Notes under the pieces: generated by a model
Database searches by the model: none
Told to the model about the DNA's origin: nothing
What the model saw: the letters and a program-made list of their open reading frames with translations, nothing else
NCBI GenBank assembly: GCA_913778765.1
Contig: CAJYXO010000071.1
Coordinates: 2,148-66,147, forward strand
Source of the DNA: an uncultured Massilia sp.
GTDB lineage: Bacteria > Pseudomonadota > Gammaproteobacteria > Burkholderiales > Burkholderiaceae_D
DNA: 64,000 nucleotides
Direction of reading: 5' to 3'
Part shown: one piece after another, positions 7,762 through 16,457 of the stretch
Numbering within the stretch: position 1 is the stretch's first letter
Layout: every line of letters begins with the position of its first letter
Made by a program: the position numbers and the translations under genes

Positions 7762-10500
7762 ATGACTAGAACGACCGCTACCACCGCCGGCCTGCTGGCC
7801 CTGCTGGCCTCCGCCGGCGCCCACGCCGCCATTTCGCCCGAGGCCTGCGACAGCAGATCCTACCAGGCCGTGCTGAGCGCCTCGAACGCCCATTTCGACG
7901 CGCGCGCCGTCTGGCTCGACCGGCGCCTGATCGCCTTCCCCGGCGCCGCCGCGGATGGCGTCTTCAAGCTCTATTACTCGCCGGCCGGGACCATCGCCGC
8001 ACCGGGCGGCGGCAGGGTCACGGGCGCCATCGGCGCGCTGGCGCTGGGCGTGTTCCAGGGCAGCGTTCCTGCGGCGGTGGCGGAACGCTTCAAGTGGCTG
8101 GGCGCCGGCCCGGTGCTGCAGCTCGACGAAAACGATGTGGCGAAGATGGGCGAACTGCATCGCCAGCAGCTGGTGCTGGTGCAGGAAGATGCCCAGGGCC
8201 TCGTGCGCGCGGCCACGCGCGTGCAGGTGGCGGGCGCGCTGGACGACCTGTATGCGGCGGCGGGCGGCCTGGATAAACTCGGCGTCGACATCGCCGGCAA
8301 TGGCCCAACCAGGCGCACCGGCTTCAAGGTCTGGGCGCCGACCGCCCAGCAGGCCGCCGTCTGCATCTACAACACCCCGGGCAGCAGCGCGCGCGCCGCC
8401 TACCAGATGCGCTTCGACCCGGCCACCGGCGCCTGGAGCGCGCAGCTGCCGGGCGACCTGACCGGCAAGTACTACAAATACGCGGTCGACGTGCCGGTCG
8501 ACGGCATGGGCATCGTGCGCAACCTGGTCACCGATCCCTATTCCATCAGCCTGAGCACCGATTCGAAGCGCAGCTACATCGCGCGCCTGGACGCGCCGCG
8601 CCTGAAGCCGGCCGGCTGGGACGCCGCGCAATCGCCGCAGACCGTCAAGAACCCGACCGACATGGTGGTCTACGAGCTGCACGTGCGCGACTTCTCGATC
8701 AACGACGCCAGCGTGCCGGAGCGCCTGCGCGGCAAATACGGCGCCTTCACCCGTCCCGACTCGAACGGCATGCGCCATCTGGCGGCGCTGGCGAAGAGCG
8801 GCCTGACCGACATCCACCTGCTGCCGGTGTACGACATCGGCAGCGTGCCGGAAGTGGGCTGCGCGGTGCCGAAGCCCTCGGGCGCACCCGACAGCGAAGC
8901 CCAGCAGGCGCTGGTGAAGAAGACCGCGGAGCGCGACTGCTTCAACTGGGGCTACGACCCTTATCACTACAACGCGCCGGAAGGCAGCTACGCCACCGAT
9001 CCGGACGACGGCGCCCGCCGCGTGGTCGAGTTCCGCGAGATGGTCGGCAGCCTGCACAAGATCGGCCTGCGCGTCGGCATGGACGTGGTGTTCAACCATA
9101 CCTTCATCGCCGGGCAGAACGAGAAGTCGGTGCTGGACCGCATCGTGCCGGGCTACTACCACCGCCTGAACGCCACGGGCGGCATCGAGCGCTCGACCTG
9201 CTGCGACAACACGGCCACCGAAAACCTCATGATGGGCAAGCTCATGATCGATTCCGTGGCCCTGTGGGCGACCCAGTACAGGATCGATTCCTTCCGCTTC
9301 GACCTGATGGGCCACCAGCCGCGCGCCACGATGGAACAGTTGCAGCGCGGCGTGAACGCGGCGGCCGGCCATCCGGTGCAGCTGCTCGGCGAAGGCTGGA
9401 ACTTCGGCGAAGTCGCCAACGGCGCGCGCTTCGTGCAGGCGTCGCAGCTGTCCCTGAACGGCAGCGGCATCGGCACCTTCAACGACCGCATCCGCGACGC
9501 CGTGCGCGGCGGCTCGGCCGGCGATTCGGGCGAAGCGCTGTTCGCACGCCAGGGCTGGATCAACGGCCTGGTCTACGACCCGAACACGCACGCGGGCAAG
9601 CATGATGAGGCAGAGTTGATGCGCGCCGCCGACATGGTGCGCGCCGGCCTGGCCGGCTCGCTGCGCAGCTACCAACTGCAGACCTTCGACGACAGGACCG
9701 TGCCGCTGGAACGCATCGACTACGGCGGCCAGCCGGCCGGCTATGCGAGCGAACCGTCCGAGGTCGTGAACTACGTCGAGAACCACGACAACCAGACCCT
9801 GTACGACAACAACGTGTTCAAGCTGCCGGCATCGACCTCCAGCCAGGACCGCGCGCGCGTGCAGGTGCTGGGCATGGCCGTCGACGCCTTCGCCCAGGGC
9901 ATCGCCTACTACCACGCCGGCATCGACGTGCTGCGCTCGAAGTCCCTGGACCGCAACAGCTTCAACTCGGGCGACTGGTTCAACCGCCTCGACTGGACCT
10001 ACCGCGACAATTATTTCGGCACCGGCCTGCCGCCGGCGGAAGACAATGGCAAGGACTACGCGCTGCTGAAGCCCCTGCTGGCCAACCGCGCCTTCAAGCC
10101 GGCGCCCGCCGACATCGCCTTCAGCCGCGACGCCTTCCGCGACCTGCTGGCCATCCGCGCCAGCTCGACGCTGTTCCGCCTGCCCACTGCCGCGGAGATC
10201 CGCCGCCGCCTGCGCTTCTTCAACACCGGCTCGACCCAGAGCCCGACCGTGGTCGCGGCAAACCTGAATGGCGAAGGCTATCCGGGCGCGGCGTTCAAGA
10301 GCATCAGCTACTTCATCAACGTCGACAAGGTCGGCCACACCGTCATCGACGAGCAGGCCGCAGGCAAGGCGATGCGCCTGCATCCGGTGTTCCTGGCGCC
10401 AAGCGCGGCCGACAAGCGCGCGGGCCAGGCCAGTTTCGATACGGCGACCGGGTCGTTCAGCATTCCGCCGCGGACGGCGGTGGTGTTCGTGGAAGACTGA
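7762..10500 (+). CDS. pulA: Secreted pullulanase-type alpha-1,6-glucosidase (GH13)
   Basis: 912 aa. Signal peptide MTRTTATTAGLLALLASAGAHA. Pullulanase motif FNWGYDPYHY. GH13 regions: GMDVVFNHT (I), RIDSFRFDLMGH (II), LLGEGWNFG (III), YVENHDNQT (IV). Confidence 0.85.
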   Translation: MTRTTATTAGLLALLASAGAHAAISPEACDSRSYQAVLSASNAHFDARAVWLDRRLIAFPGAAADGVFKLYYSPAGTIAAPGGGRVTGAIGALALGVFQGSVPAAVAERFKWLGAGPVLQLDENDVAKMGELHRQQLVLVQEDAQGLVRAATRVQVAGALDDLYAAAGGLDKLGVDIAGNGPTRRTGFKVWAPTAQQAAVCIYNTPGSSARAAYQMRFDPATGAWSAQLPGDLTGKYYKYAVDVPVDGMGIVRNLVTDPYSISLSTDSKRSYIARLDAPRLKPAGWDAAQSPQTVKNPTDMVVYELHVRDFSINDASVPERLRGKYGAFTRPDSNGMRHLAALAKSGLTDIHLLPVYDIGSVPEVGCAVPKPSGAPDSEAQQALVKKTAERDCFNWGYDPYHYNAPEGSYATDPDDGARRVVEFREMVGSLHKIGLRVGMDVVFNHTFIAGQNEKSVLDRIVPGYYHRLNATGGIERSTCCDNTATENLMMGKLMIDSVALWATQYRIDSFRFDLMGHQPRATMEQLQRGVNAAAGHPVQLLGEGWNFGEVANGARFVQASQLSLNGSGIGTFNDRIRDAVRGGSAGDSGEALFARQGWINGLVYDPNTHAGKHDEAELMRAADMVRAGLAGSLRSYQLQTFDDRTVPLERIDYGGQPAGYASEPSEVVNYVENHDNQTLYDNNVFKLPASTSSQDRARVQVLGMAVDAFAQGIAYYHAGIDVLRSKSLDRNSFNSGDWFNRLDWTYRDNYFGTGLPPAEDNGKDYALLKPLLANRAFKPAPADIAFSRDAFRDLLAIRASSTLFRLPTAAEIRRRLRFFNTGSTQSPTVVAANLNGEGYPGAAFKSISYFINVDKVGHTVIDEQAAGKAMRLHPVFLAPSAADKRAGQASFDTATGSFSIPPRTAVVFVED

Positions 10501-10503
10501 GGT

Positions 10504-12294
10504 TCAGGCAGTGCGCGTGAACCCATCCGCACTCCAGTCCTCGCTGCCGACCCCATGCCGCACGGTGAACAGCCCGTCCGGATCGTAGCGCCGCTTGATC
10601 TGCAATAGCTTCGCATAGTTCGGTCCCCAGTAGGTCTCCTGCCAGCGCTGCTGGAAGAAGTCGCTCTCGGACACATAGGCGCCCGCATCCGGCGCCACCG
10701 CACGCAGCGCAGTCATGGCCTTGCGGATGGCGGTTGCGCGCCGGTGCGCCGCTGCCTCGTCGGGCCGGGCGCCGGGCATGCCGGGATACGCCGGATCGCC
10801 GCCGCCGGCGATGATCGCCAGCGCGAAGGCATCCACCACGCCCGGATGGGTCGCCGTGTCGCGCGTGGCGGCCAGGGCCTCCGGCGGCGCGCCGGCGATA
10901 CCCTTGTTGAAGTGCAGCTCGACCCACCACTGCTGCGAGGCCGCGCACAGGGCGTCCACCAGCCGCGCCTGCGAACCTTCCTCCAGCAACGCGGCCGGCA
11001 GCCAGGTCGATTCGTAGCCGTGGATGTACCAGCCGACCTGGCCGCGATCGCCCTGCCACACGGCGTGGTGGCTTGGGGCGCCCTCGCGTTCGTCCTTCGC
11101 CATGATGCCGGGCGCGGTCTTGCTCCAGAAGTCGGCGTCCCAGAAGCGGCGCGCCGGCACCGCCATGATGGTCGGCTCCTTGAAGTTGTAGTCGCCGCTG
11201 GCGCGCACCCAGTCGAGGAAAGGCTTCCACGCCGCCTGGGCCTGGGCGCGGTCGAGCCCCTGGAACACCATCGACAGGTGCAGCTGGCGGCCGTCGCGCA
11301 GGGACACCTGCTCGCCCCAGTGCGCATTGAACAGGCGCTCGCGGTAGAAGGCGATGAAGCGTGCGACCAGGGCCTTGAAGGCGGCGTCGCTGGTGGCCGT
11401 GATCTCGCCGAACACGCCGCCGAAGTACTCGGGCAGTTCGTGGGTGCGCAGGGTCATGCGCGTGACCACGCCGAAGGTACCGCCGCCGCCGCCCTTGATG
11501 GCCCAGAACAGGTCCGGGTTCGTGTGCGCGTTGGCGATGCGCACCTGGCCGTCGGCGGTGATGATTTCCGCTTCGAGCAGGCTGGCGGCGGCGGTGCCGA
11601 AGCGCTTCGAGAAGCTGCCGAAGCCGCCGCCCTGGACCAGCCCCGGCACGCCGACCGTGGTGCAGCCGCCGCCCTGCACGTAGCGGCCGGCCCTGGTCGT
11701 CACGGCGGTGTAGGCGTCGATCCACATGGCGCCGGCGCCGATGCGCACGGCCGGCACGGCCTCGAGGGCGCTTGCTCCCTGCGGCACGAAGGCGTCGATG
11801 ACGGTGACCTCGTTCATGGCGCGCGGCCACACCAGCAGCGAGTCCGGCGCGTTCGAGCCGCCCTTGTAGCTATGGCCGCCGCCTTTCACCACCAGGCGCA
11901 GGTTGTGGGTGCGGGCGAAGTCGACGGCGGCGGTGATGTCGGCCGTCTCGCGCGCCGCCACCGCATAGGCGCTGGGCTGCGACAGCCAGGCGTCCTGCCA
12001 GCCGCTGGTTTGCGTGAGCGCGGGATCGTCGCCGACGGCGTAGGGGTTCTTCAGCTGTTCGCGCAGCGTGGCGCAGGCAGCGGCATCGCCGGCGCAGCCG
12101 GCGAACGGCGACGCCAGCTTGCGCAGACGGCCGCCGGTGGCGCGCGCCAGCCTGTCCCAGTCGGCGGCGGCCGGCCAGCCGGCGGCGCCGGGACGCACGC
12201 GTGCGGGCGGCGCCTTCGCCCCCGCCAGCCCGGGCAGGCCGCCGGCCAGCAGGGCTGCGCCCAGGGAGGCCTTCAATACTTCGCGTCGTTTCAT
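10504..12294 (-). CDS. Tat-exported FAD-linked oxidase (PCMH FAD-binding + BBE-like C-terminus)
   Basis: Start chosen at MKRREVLKASLGAALLAGGLPGLAGA (twin-arginine signal); the track ORF extends to 12459. FAD-binding pattern VVKGGGHSYKGGS. C-terminal RRYDPDGLF (BBE-type). Confidence 0.75.
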   Translation of the reverse strand: MKRREVLKASLGAALLAGGLPGLAGAKAPPARVRPGAAGWPAAADWDRLARATGGRLRKLASPFAGCAGDAAACATLREQLKNPYAVGDDPALTQTSGWQDAWLSQPSAYAVAARETADITAAVDFARTHNLRLVVKGGGHSYKGGSNAPDSLLVWPRAMNEVTVIDAFVPQGASALEAVPAVRIGAGAMWIDAYTAVTTRAGRYVQGGGCTTVGVPGLVQGGGFGSFSKRFGTAAASLLEAEIITADGQVRIANAHTNPDLFWAIKGGGGGTFGVVTRMTLRTHELPEYFGGVFGEITATSDAAFKALVARFIAFYRERLFNAHWGEQVSLRDGRQLHLSMVFQGLDRAQAQAAWKPFLDWVRASGDYNFKEPTIMAVPARRFWDADFWSKTAPGIMAKDEREGAPSHHAVWQGDRGQVGWYIHGYESTWLPAALLEEGSQARLVDALCAASQQWWVELHFNKGIAGAPPEALAATRDTATHPGVVDAFALAIIAGGGDPAYPGMPGARPDEAAAHRRATAIRKAMTALRAVAPDAGAYVSESDFFQQRWQETYWGPNYAKLLQIKRRYDPDGLFTVRHGVGSEDWSADGFTRTA

Positions 12295-12531
12295 GTCGCT
12301 TTCCTCGTTATTGGTGTTGTCGCTGCAAGCGTGAACCCTTCCCCGGCGCCGGGCAAACGCTTTGTGGCGAAGCGGGATGCGGCGGGGGCAAACCGGGATT
12401 CTGGCCCAGCTGAACGGGCGTGGATACCTGCAAGAATTGACACCGCTCGGCCCGCGCACGCTTGGCGGACTCGCGCCAGGCGATGCGTGCCGAAAATGGT
12501 ACGATGCAATTTTTATAACGAATTCGTGCCC

Positions 12532-13593
12532 ATGTCCCTGGTGTCACCCACCGCGCCACCGCCTTCGTCCGCTCCGCTGTTCCAGGCAGGCCTGCATGCC
12601 CTGGCCGGCGCCGGCATCGATGCCGGCGCCGATCCCGCCGCCGCGCTGCGCCGCCTCATCGACGCCGGTCTCGACCGCCTGCCCCTGCCGGGCCACGGCG
12701 CCACCCTCGAACGCTGGCGCGCGCTGGCGGCGGTGGGCGCGCACGACCTCGGCCTCGCCAAGCTGTTCGAAGGCCACACCGACGCGCTGGCCATCCTGCG
12801 CGAAGCCGGCGCTGCGATGACCGCAGCGGACGGCGACGCGGCCGCGCTGTGGGCCACATGGTGCGCGGAACCGCCGGATGCGCGCCTGCGGCTGAACGCG
12901 CTGCCCGGCGGCGGCTTCACGCTGTCCGGCCGCAAGGCCTGGTGCTCGGGCGCGCAGGCCGCCACGCATGCGGTGGTGAGCTGCTGGGATGCGAACGGCA
13001 AGGCGATGCTGGCGGCGGTCGACCTGCGCCAGCCCGGCGTCAGCGTCACCGGCGATGGCTGGCACGCGGTCGGCATGCGCAGCTCGGCCAGCGTCGACGT
13101 ACTGTTCGACGGCGCCGCGGCGGCGCCGCTGGGCGGGCCGGGCTTCTATGTGCAGCGGGCCGGGTTCTGGCATGGCGGCGCCGGTGTGGCCGCCTGCTGG
13201 TACGGCGCCGCCACGCGGCTGGCCGATGTGCTGCGCGAGCGCATGGCCGGGCGCGACGACCCGCACCGCCTGGCGCAGCTGGGCGAGGTGGCGGTGGCCC
13301 TGCGGTCCAGCGCGGCGCTGATGCGCGAGACCGCCGCCGCGATCGACCGCCATCCCGGCGCGAATGCGATGGCGGCGGCGCTGGCGGTGCGCCTGAGCGT
13401 GGAACACAGCGCCGGCGTCACGCTGACCGCCGTGGGCCGCGCATTGGGCGCCGGACCGCTGTGCAAGGACGCCGCGGTGGCGCGCCTGTTCGCCGACCTG
13501 CCCGTGTTCATGCGCCAGAGCCACGCGGAGCGCGACCTGGAAGCGCTCGGCCGGAAGATCGGCGAGGATGGAGAAGCGCCATGGACCCTGTAG
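12532..13593 (+). CDS. Acyl-CoA dehydrogenase-like protein (short form), first gene of a four-gene cassette
   Basis: This is the C-terminal 353 aa of track ORF 10744..13593, beginning MSLVSPTAPP. The middle beta-domain and C-terminal helical pattern (GRKAWCSGA..., WHAVGMRSSASVDV, FWHGGAGVAACWYGAA) resemble ACADs. The family call is moderate. Confidence 0.6.
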   Translation: MSLVSPTAPPPSSAPLFQAGLHALAGAGIDAGADPAAALRRLIDAGLDRLPLPGHGATLERWRALAAVGAHDLGLAKLFEGHTDALAILREAGAAMTAADGDAAALWATWCAEPPDARLRLNALPGGGFTLSGRKAWCSGAQAATHAVVSCWDANGKAMLAAVDLRQPGVSVTGDGWHAVGMRSSASVDVLFDGAAAAPLGGPGFYVQRAGFWHGGAGVAACWYGAATRLADVLRERMAGRDDPHRLAQLGEVAVALRSSAALMRETAAAIDRHPGANAMAAALAVRLSVEHSAGVTLTAVGRALGAGPLCKDAAVARLFADLPVFMRQSHAERDLEALGRKIGEDGEAPWTL

Positions 13594-14366
13594 GCATGAC
13601 GGAGGAAGCGCGCCGCATCGAAGGCGCGGGCACGACGGCGGCGGCATGGCGTGCCGATGCGGCGCTGGCCGGCGTGCCGGACGCCGCGCTGGAACACCTG
13701 GTGCCGCCGGGCGCGCGGCTGGTGGTGGCGGCGCCGCATCCTGACGACGAGATCCTGGCCTGCGGCGGCCTGCTGCAGCTGCTGGCGGCGCGCGGCGACG
13801 CGCCGCTGCTGGTCGCGGTGACGGACGGCGAAGCCAGCCATCCCGGTTCGAGCATCTGGCCGCCGGCGCGCCTGCGCAGCGCGCGTCCGCGCGAGACCCT
13901 GGCCGCGCTGGCGCTGCTCGGCATGGCCGCACCGGCCATGACGCGGCTCGGGATACCGGATGGCGGCGTGCGGCAAGCCGAAGCACGGCTGCGCGAAAGC
14001 CTCGTTGCGCTGCTGCGGCCTGGCGACGTCGTGCTCACCACCTGGCGCCACGACGGTCACCCCGACCACGAAGCGACCGCGCGCGCCTGTGCGCAGGCGG
14101 CGGCGGACTGCGGCGCACGGCTGCTGGAGACGCCGGTCTGGGGCTGGCACTGGAGCCGGCCCGGCGACGGCGCCATGCCGCTGGCGCGGGCCAGCAAGCT
14201 GGCGCTGGCGCCACGGATCCTGGCCCGCAAGCGCGAAGCCCTGGCCTGCTTCGAAAGCCAGCTCGCGCCCGATCCCGGCACCGGCGCCGCGCCCATCCTG
14301 CCGGCGCATGCCATGGAGCGTCTTCTGAACCCTTTCGAACTGTATTTCCATGACCGCGCACGATGA
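13581..14366 (+). CDS. PIG-L family (LmbE-like) deacetylase
   Basis: AAPHPDDEILACGG signature plus HxDH (RHDGHPDHEA). The start is at 13581 (overlapping the upstream gene by 13 nt) or at 13596. Confidence 0.8.
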   Translation: MDPVGMTEEARRIEGAGTTAAAWRADAALAGVPDAALEHLVPPGARLVVAAPHPDDEILACGGLLQLLAARGDAPLLVAVTDGEASHPGSSIWPPARLRSARPRETLAALALLGMAAPAMTRLGIPDGGVRQAEARLRESLVALLRPGDVVLTTWRHDGHPDHEATARACAQAAADCGARLLETPVWGWHWSRPGDGAMPLARASKLALAPRILARKREALACFESQLAPDPGTGAAPILPAHAMERLLNPFELYFHDRAR

Positions 14367-14979
14367 CATCCGCCGGCGCCATTTCGAGGCGCTGTACGCC
14401 GCCAGCGAGGACCCGTGGGACGTGCGCGGCAGCTGGTACGAAAGGCGCAAGCGCGCCCTGCTGCTGGCCAGCCTGGGCAAGCCGCGTTACCGCAGCGCCT
14501 TCGAGCCGGGTTGCGGCAACGGCGAGATGAGCGCGGCCCTGGCGGCGCGCTGCGAGCGGCTGCTGGCCTGCGACGGTGCAGGCAGCGCGCTGGCGGCGGC
14601 ACGCAAGAGGCTGACCGGCGTGGCCGCCGCCGGCGCCGTCGACTTCGCCGAGCGCCACCTGCCCGGCGGCTGGCCGCGCGGCGTCCTCTTCGACCTGATC
14701 GTGATCAGCGAGTTGGGCTACTACCTCGACCCCGCCGCCCTGCGCACGCTGTTCGACCTGGCCGCCGACAGTCTCGACGCCGACGGCGAACTGGTGCTGT
14801 GCCATTACCTGCACGATTTCGACGACCGCGCCAGCACGACGGCGGCGGTGCACGCGGCGGCCGACGCCACGCCGGGGCTGGCGCGCGTGCTGCGGCATCG
14901 CGAGCGCGATTTCCTGCTCGAGGTGTGGCAGCGCTCATCTGCAGCCGCAACCGCAGGCGCATCGGGAGGCCAGCCATGA
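14350..14979 (+). CDS. NodS-like class I SAM-dependent methyltransferase
   Basis: 209 aa. N-terminal YAASEDPWDVRGSWYERRKRALLLASL and SAM motif I EPGCGNGEMS are typical of the NodS family. Overlaps the PIG-L gene by 17 nt. Confidence 0.75.
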   Translation: MTAHDDIRRRHFEALYAASEDPWDVRGSWYERRKRALLLASLGKPRYRSAFEPGCGNGEMSAALAARCERLLACDGAGSALAAARKRLTGVAAAGAVDFAERHLPGGWPRGVLFDLIVISELGYYLDPAALRTLFDLAADSLDADGELVLCHYLHDFDDRASTTAAVHAAADATPGLARVLRHRERDFLLEVWQRSSAAATAGASGGQP

Positions 14980-15698
14980 TCGGCGTCGCGATTCCCGCCC
15001 ACGACGAGGAGGATTGCCTGAGCGGCTGCCTGCGCGCCGTGCTGGCCGCCGCCTGCCACCCTGCCCTCGGCGGCGAAGCGGTGCGCGTGTGCGTGGTGCT
15101 GGACGCCTGCAGCGACGAATCGTCCGCCGTGGTGCGCCGGCACATGGCGCCCTTCCGCGCCGCCGGGGTCGCGCTCGAACTGTATGCGGTGCAGGCGCGC
15201 CGGGTCGGCGCTGCGCGCGGCGCCGGCGCGCGCCGCCTGCTGGCCGCCGGCGCGCGCTGGCTGGCCTTCACCGATGCCGACACCCGCGTGGCGCCGGACT
15301 GGCTGGCCGACCAGCTGGCGCTCGGCGCGGATGCCGTGTGCGGCACGGTCGCCGTCGACGACTGGTCGCCGCATGCGGGCAAGGCCGGCGCGCTGCAGGC
15401 CCACTTCGACGGCTTCTACCAGGACCGCGACGGCCATCGGCACATCCACGGCGCCAACCTCGGCGTCGGCGCGCGCGCCTACCTGGCCGCCGGCGGCTTC
15501 GAGCCGGTGGCCTGCCACGAAGACGTGTTCCTGGTCCGCGCCCTGGAAAGCAGCGGCGCGCGCCTGGCCTGGAGCGCGCGGCCGCGCGTGTTCACCAGCG
15601 CGCGCACCGATGCCAGGGCGCGCGACGGTTTCGGCGACACCCTGCTGCGCATGCTGGATGGCTCAGGCGACGCCGCGGCTGCCGGCAAGCGCGAGTAG
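14976..15698 (+). CDS. Family-2 glycosyltransferase (small, 240 aa)
   Basis: GVAIPAHDEEDCL... and the DxD-type FTDADT motif. The ATG overlaps the methyltransferase stop (ATGA). Confidence 0.75.
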   Translation: MIGVAIPAHDEEDCLSGCLRAVLAAACHPALGGEAVRVCVVLDACSDESSAVVRRHMAPFRAAGVALELYAVQARRVGAARGAGARRLLAAGARWLAFTDADTRVAPDWLADQLALGADAVCGTVAVDDWSPHAGKAGALQAHFDGFYQDRDGHRHIHGANLGVGARAYLAAGGFEPVACHEDVFLVRALESSGARLAWSARPRVFTSARTDARARDGFGDTLLRMLDGSGDAAAAGKRE

Positions 15699-16457
15699 CA
15701 GGCCAAGGCAATCGAGCACGGCTTCCTGGTCGGGGATACGGAAGCGCGCGGCCGAAGGCCGGCCGGACCCGACCCGCACCGTGATCCAGGACGCCGGCGC
15801 CTGCGCGAATACGGCTTCGTCGGTGTCGTCGTCGCCGATGAAGAAGGCATTGCCGCCAAAGCCGCCGGCAAGCCGGGCCAGCGCCGCGAACTTGTCGGCG
15901 GAGCCCTCCGGCAGCAGGTTGAGCACGCATTTGCCGCTGACGATGCGCGGCGCCGGCGCCAGTGTTTGCACACGCTCCGCCAGCAGGCGCTGCGCGGCGG
16001 CGTGGTCCGGCGCCAGGCGGTAGTGCAGGCACAGGGTATAGGTCTTATCTTCGAGGAAGATGCCCTCGCCCTCGCCCGACTGCGGCTGCGGTTCCGTGCT
16101 GCCCAGGCCCATGTCCTCGAGCTGGCGGCGCCAGTCTGCACAGGCGGCAGCCTGCGCCGCCAGCCTGGCTGGATCCGCTCCCGGCAAACCTTCGGCGCCG
16201 TGGTTGCCGACGACCCAGCGCGGCGTGCCGGCCAGGCGCGGTTCCACGTCGGCCACGCCGCGCCCGGTGATCACCGCCACCGGCAGGCGCGCCGTCAGTT
16301 CGGCGAAGGCCTCCGCCATCGCGGGCGCCATGAACACCTCGTCCGGCCTGGCGCGGATCGGCGCCAGCGTGCCGTCGAAATCGAAGCCGAACACCGCCGG
16401 GCCATCGAGCAGACGGCGCAGCGCATTGCGGCCTTGGTCCGACAGCAGTTCGATCAC
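15663..16457 (-). CDS. otsB: Trehalose-6-phosphate phosphatase
   Basis: HAD motif I FGFDFDGTL and IGDDDTDE. The GTG start overlaps the otsA stop (GTGA). The 3' end overlaps the convergent GT2 gene by 36 nt. Confidence 0.8.
   Translation of the reverse strand: MIELLSDQGRNALRRLLDGPAVFGFDFDGTLAPIRARPDEVFMAPAMAEAFAELTARLPVAVITGRGVADVEPRLAGTPRWVVGNHGAEGLPGADPARLAAQAAACADWRRQLEDMGLGSTEPQPQSGEGEGIFLEDKTYTLCLHYRLAPDHAAAQRLLAERVQTLAPAPRIVSGKCVLNLLPEGSADKFAALARLAGGFGGNAFFIGDDDTDEAVFAQAPASWITVRVGSGRPSAARFRIPDQEAVLDCLGLLLALAGSRGVA

Noticed and set aside
12336-12347. 12-bp GC palindrome CCCGGCGCCGGG upstream of the FAD oxidase gene, considered as an operator
   Set aside because: Short GC-only palindromes are expected by chance at this GC content. 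It has no second copy and no partner regulator.
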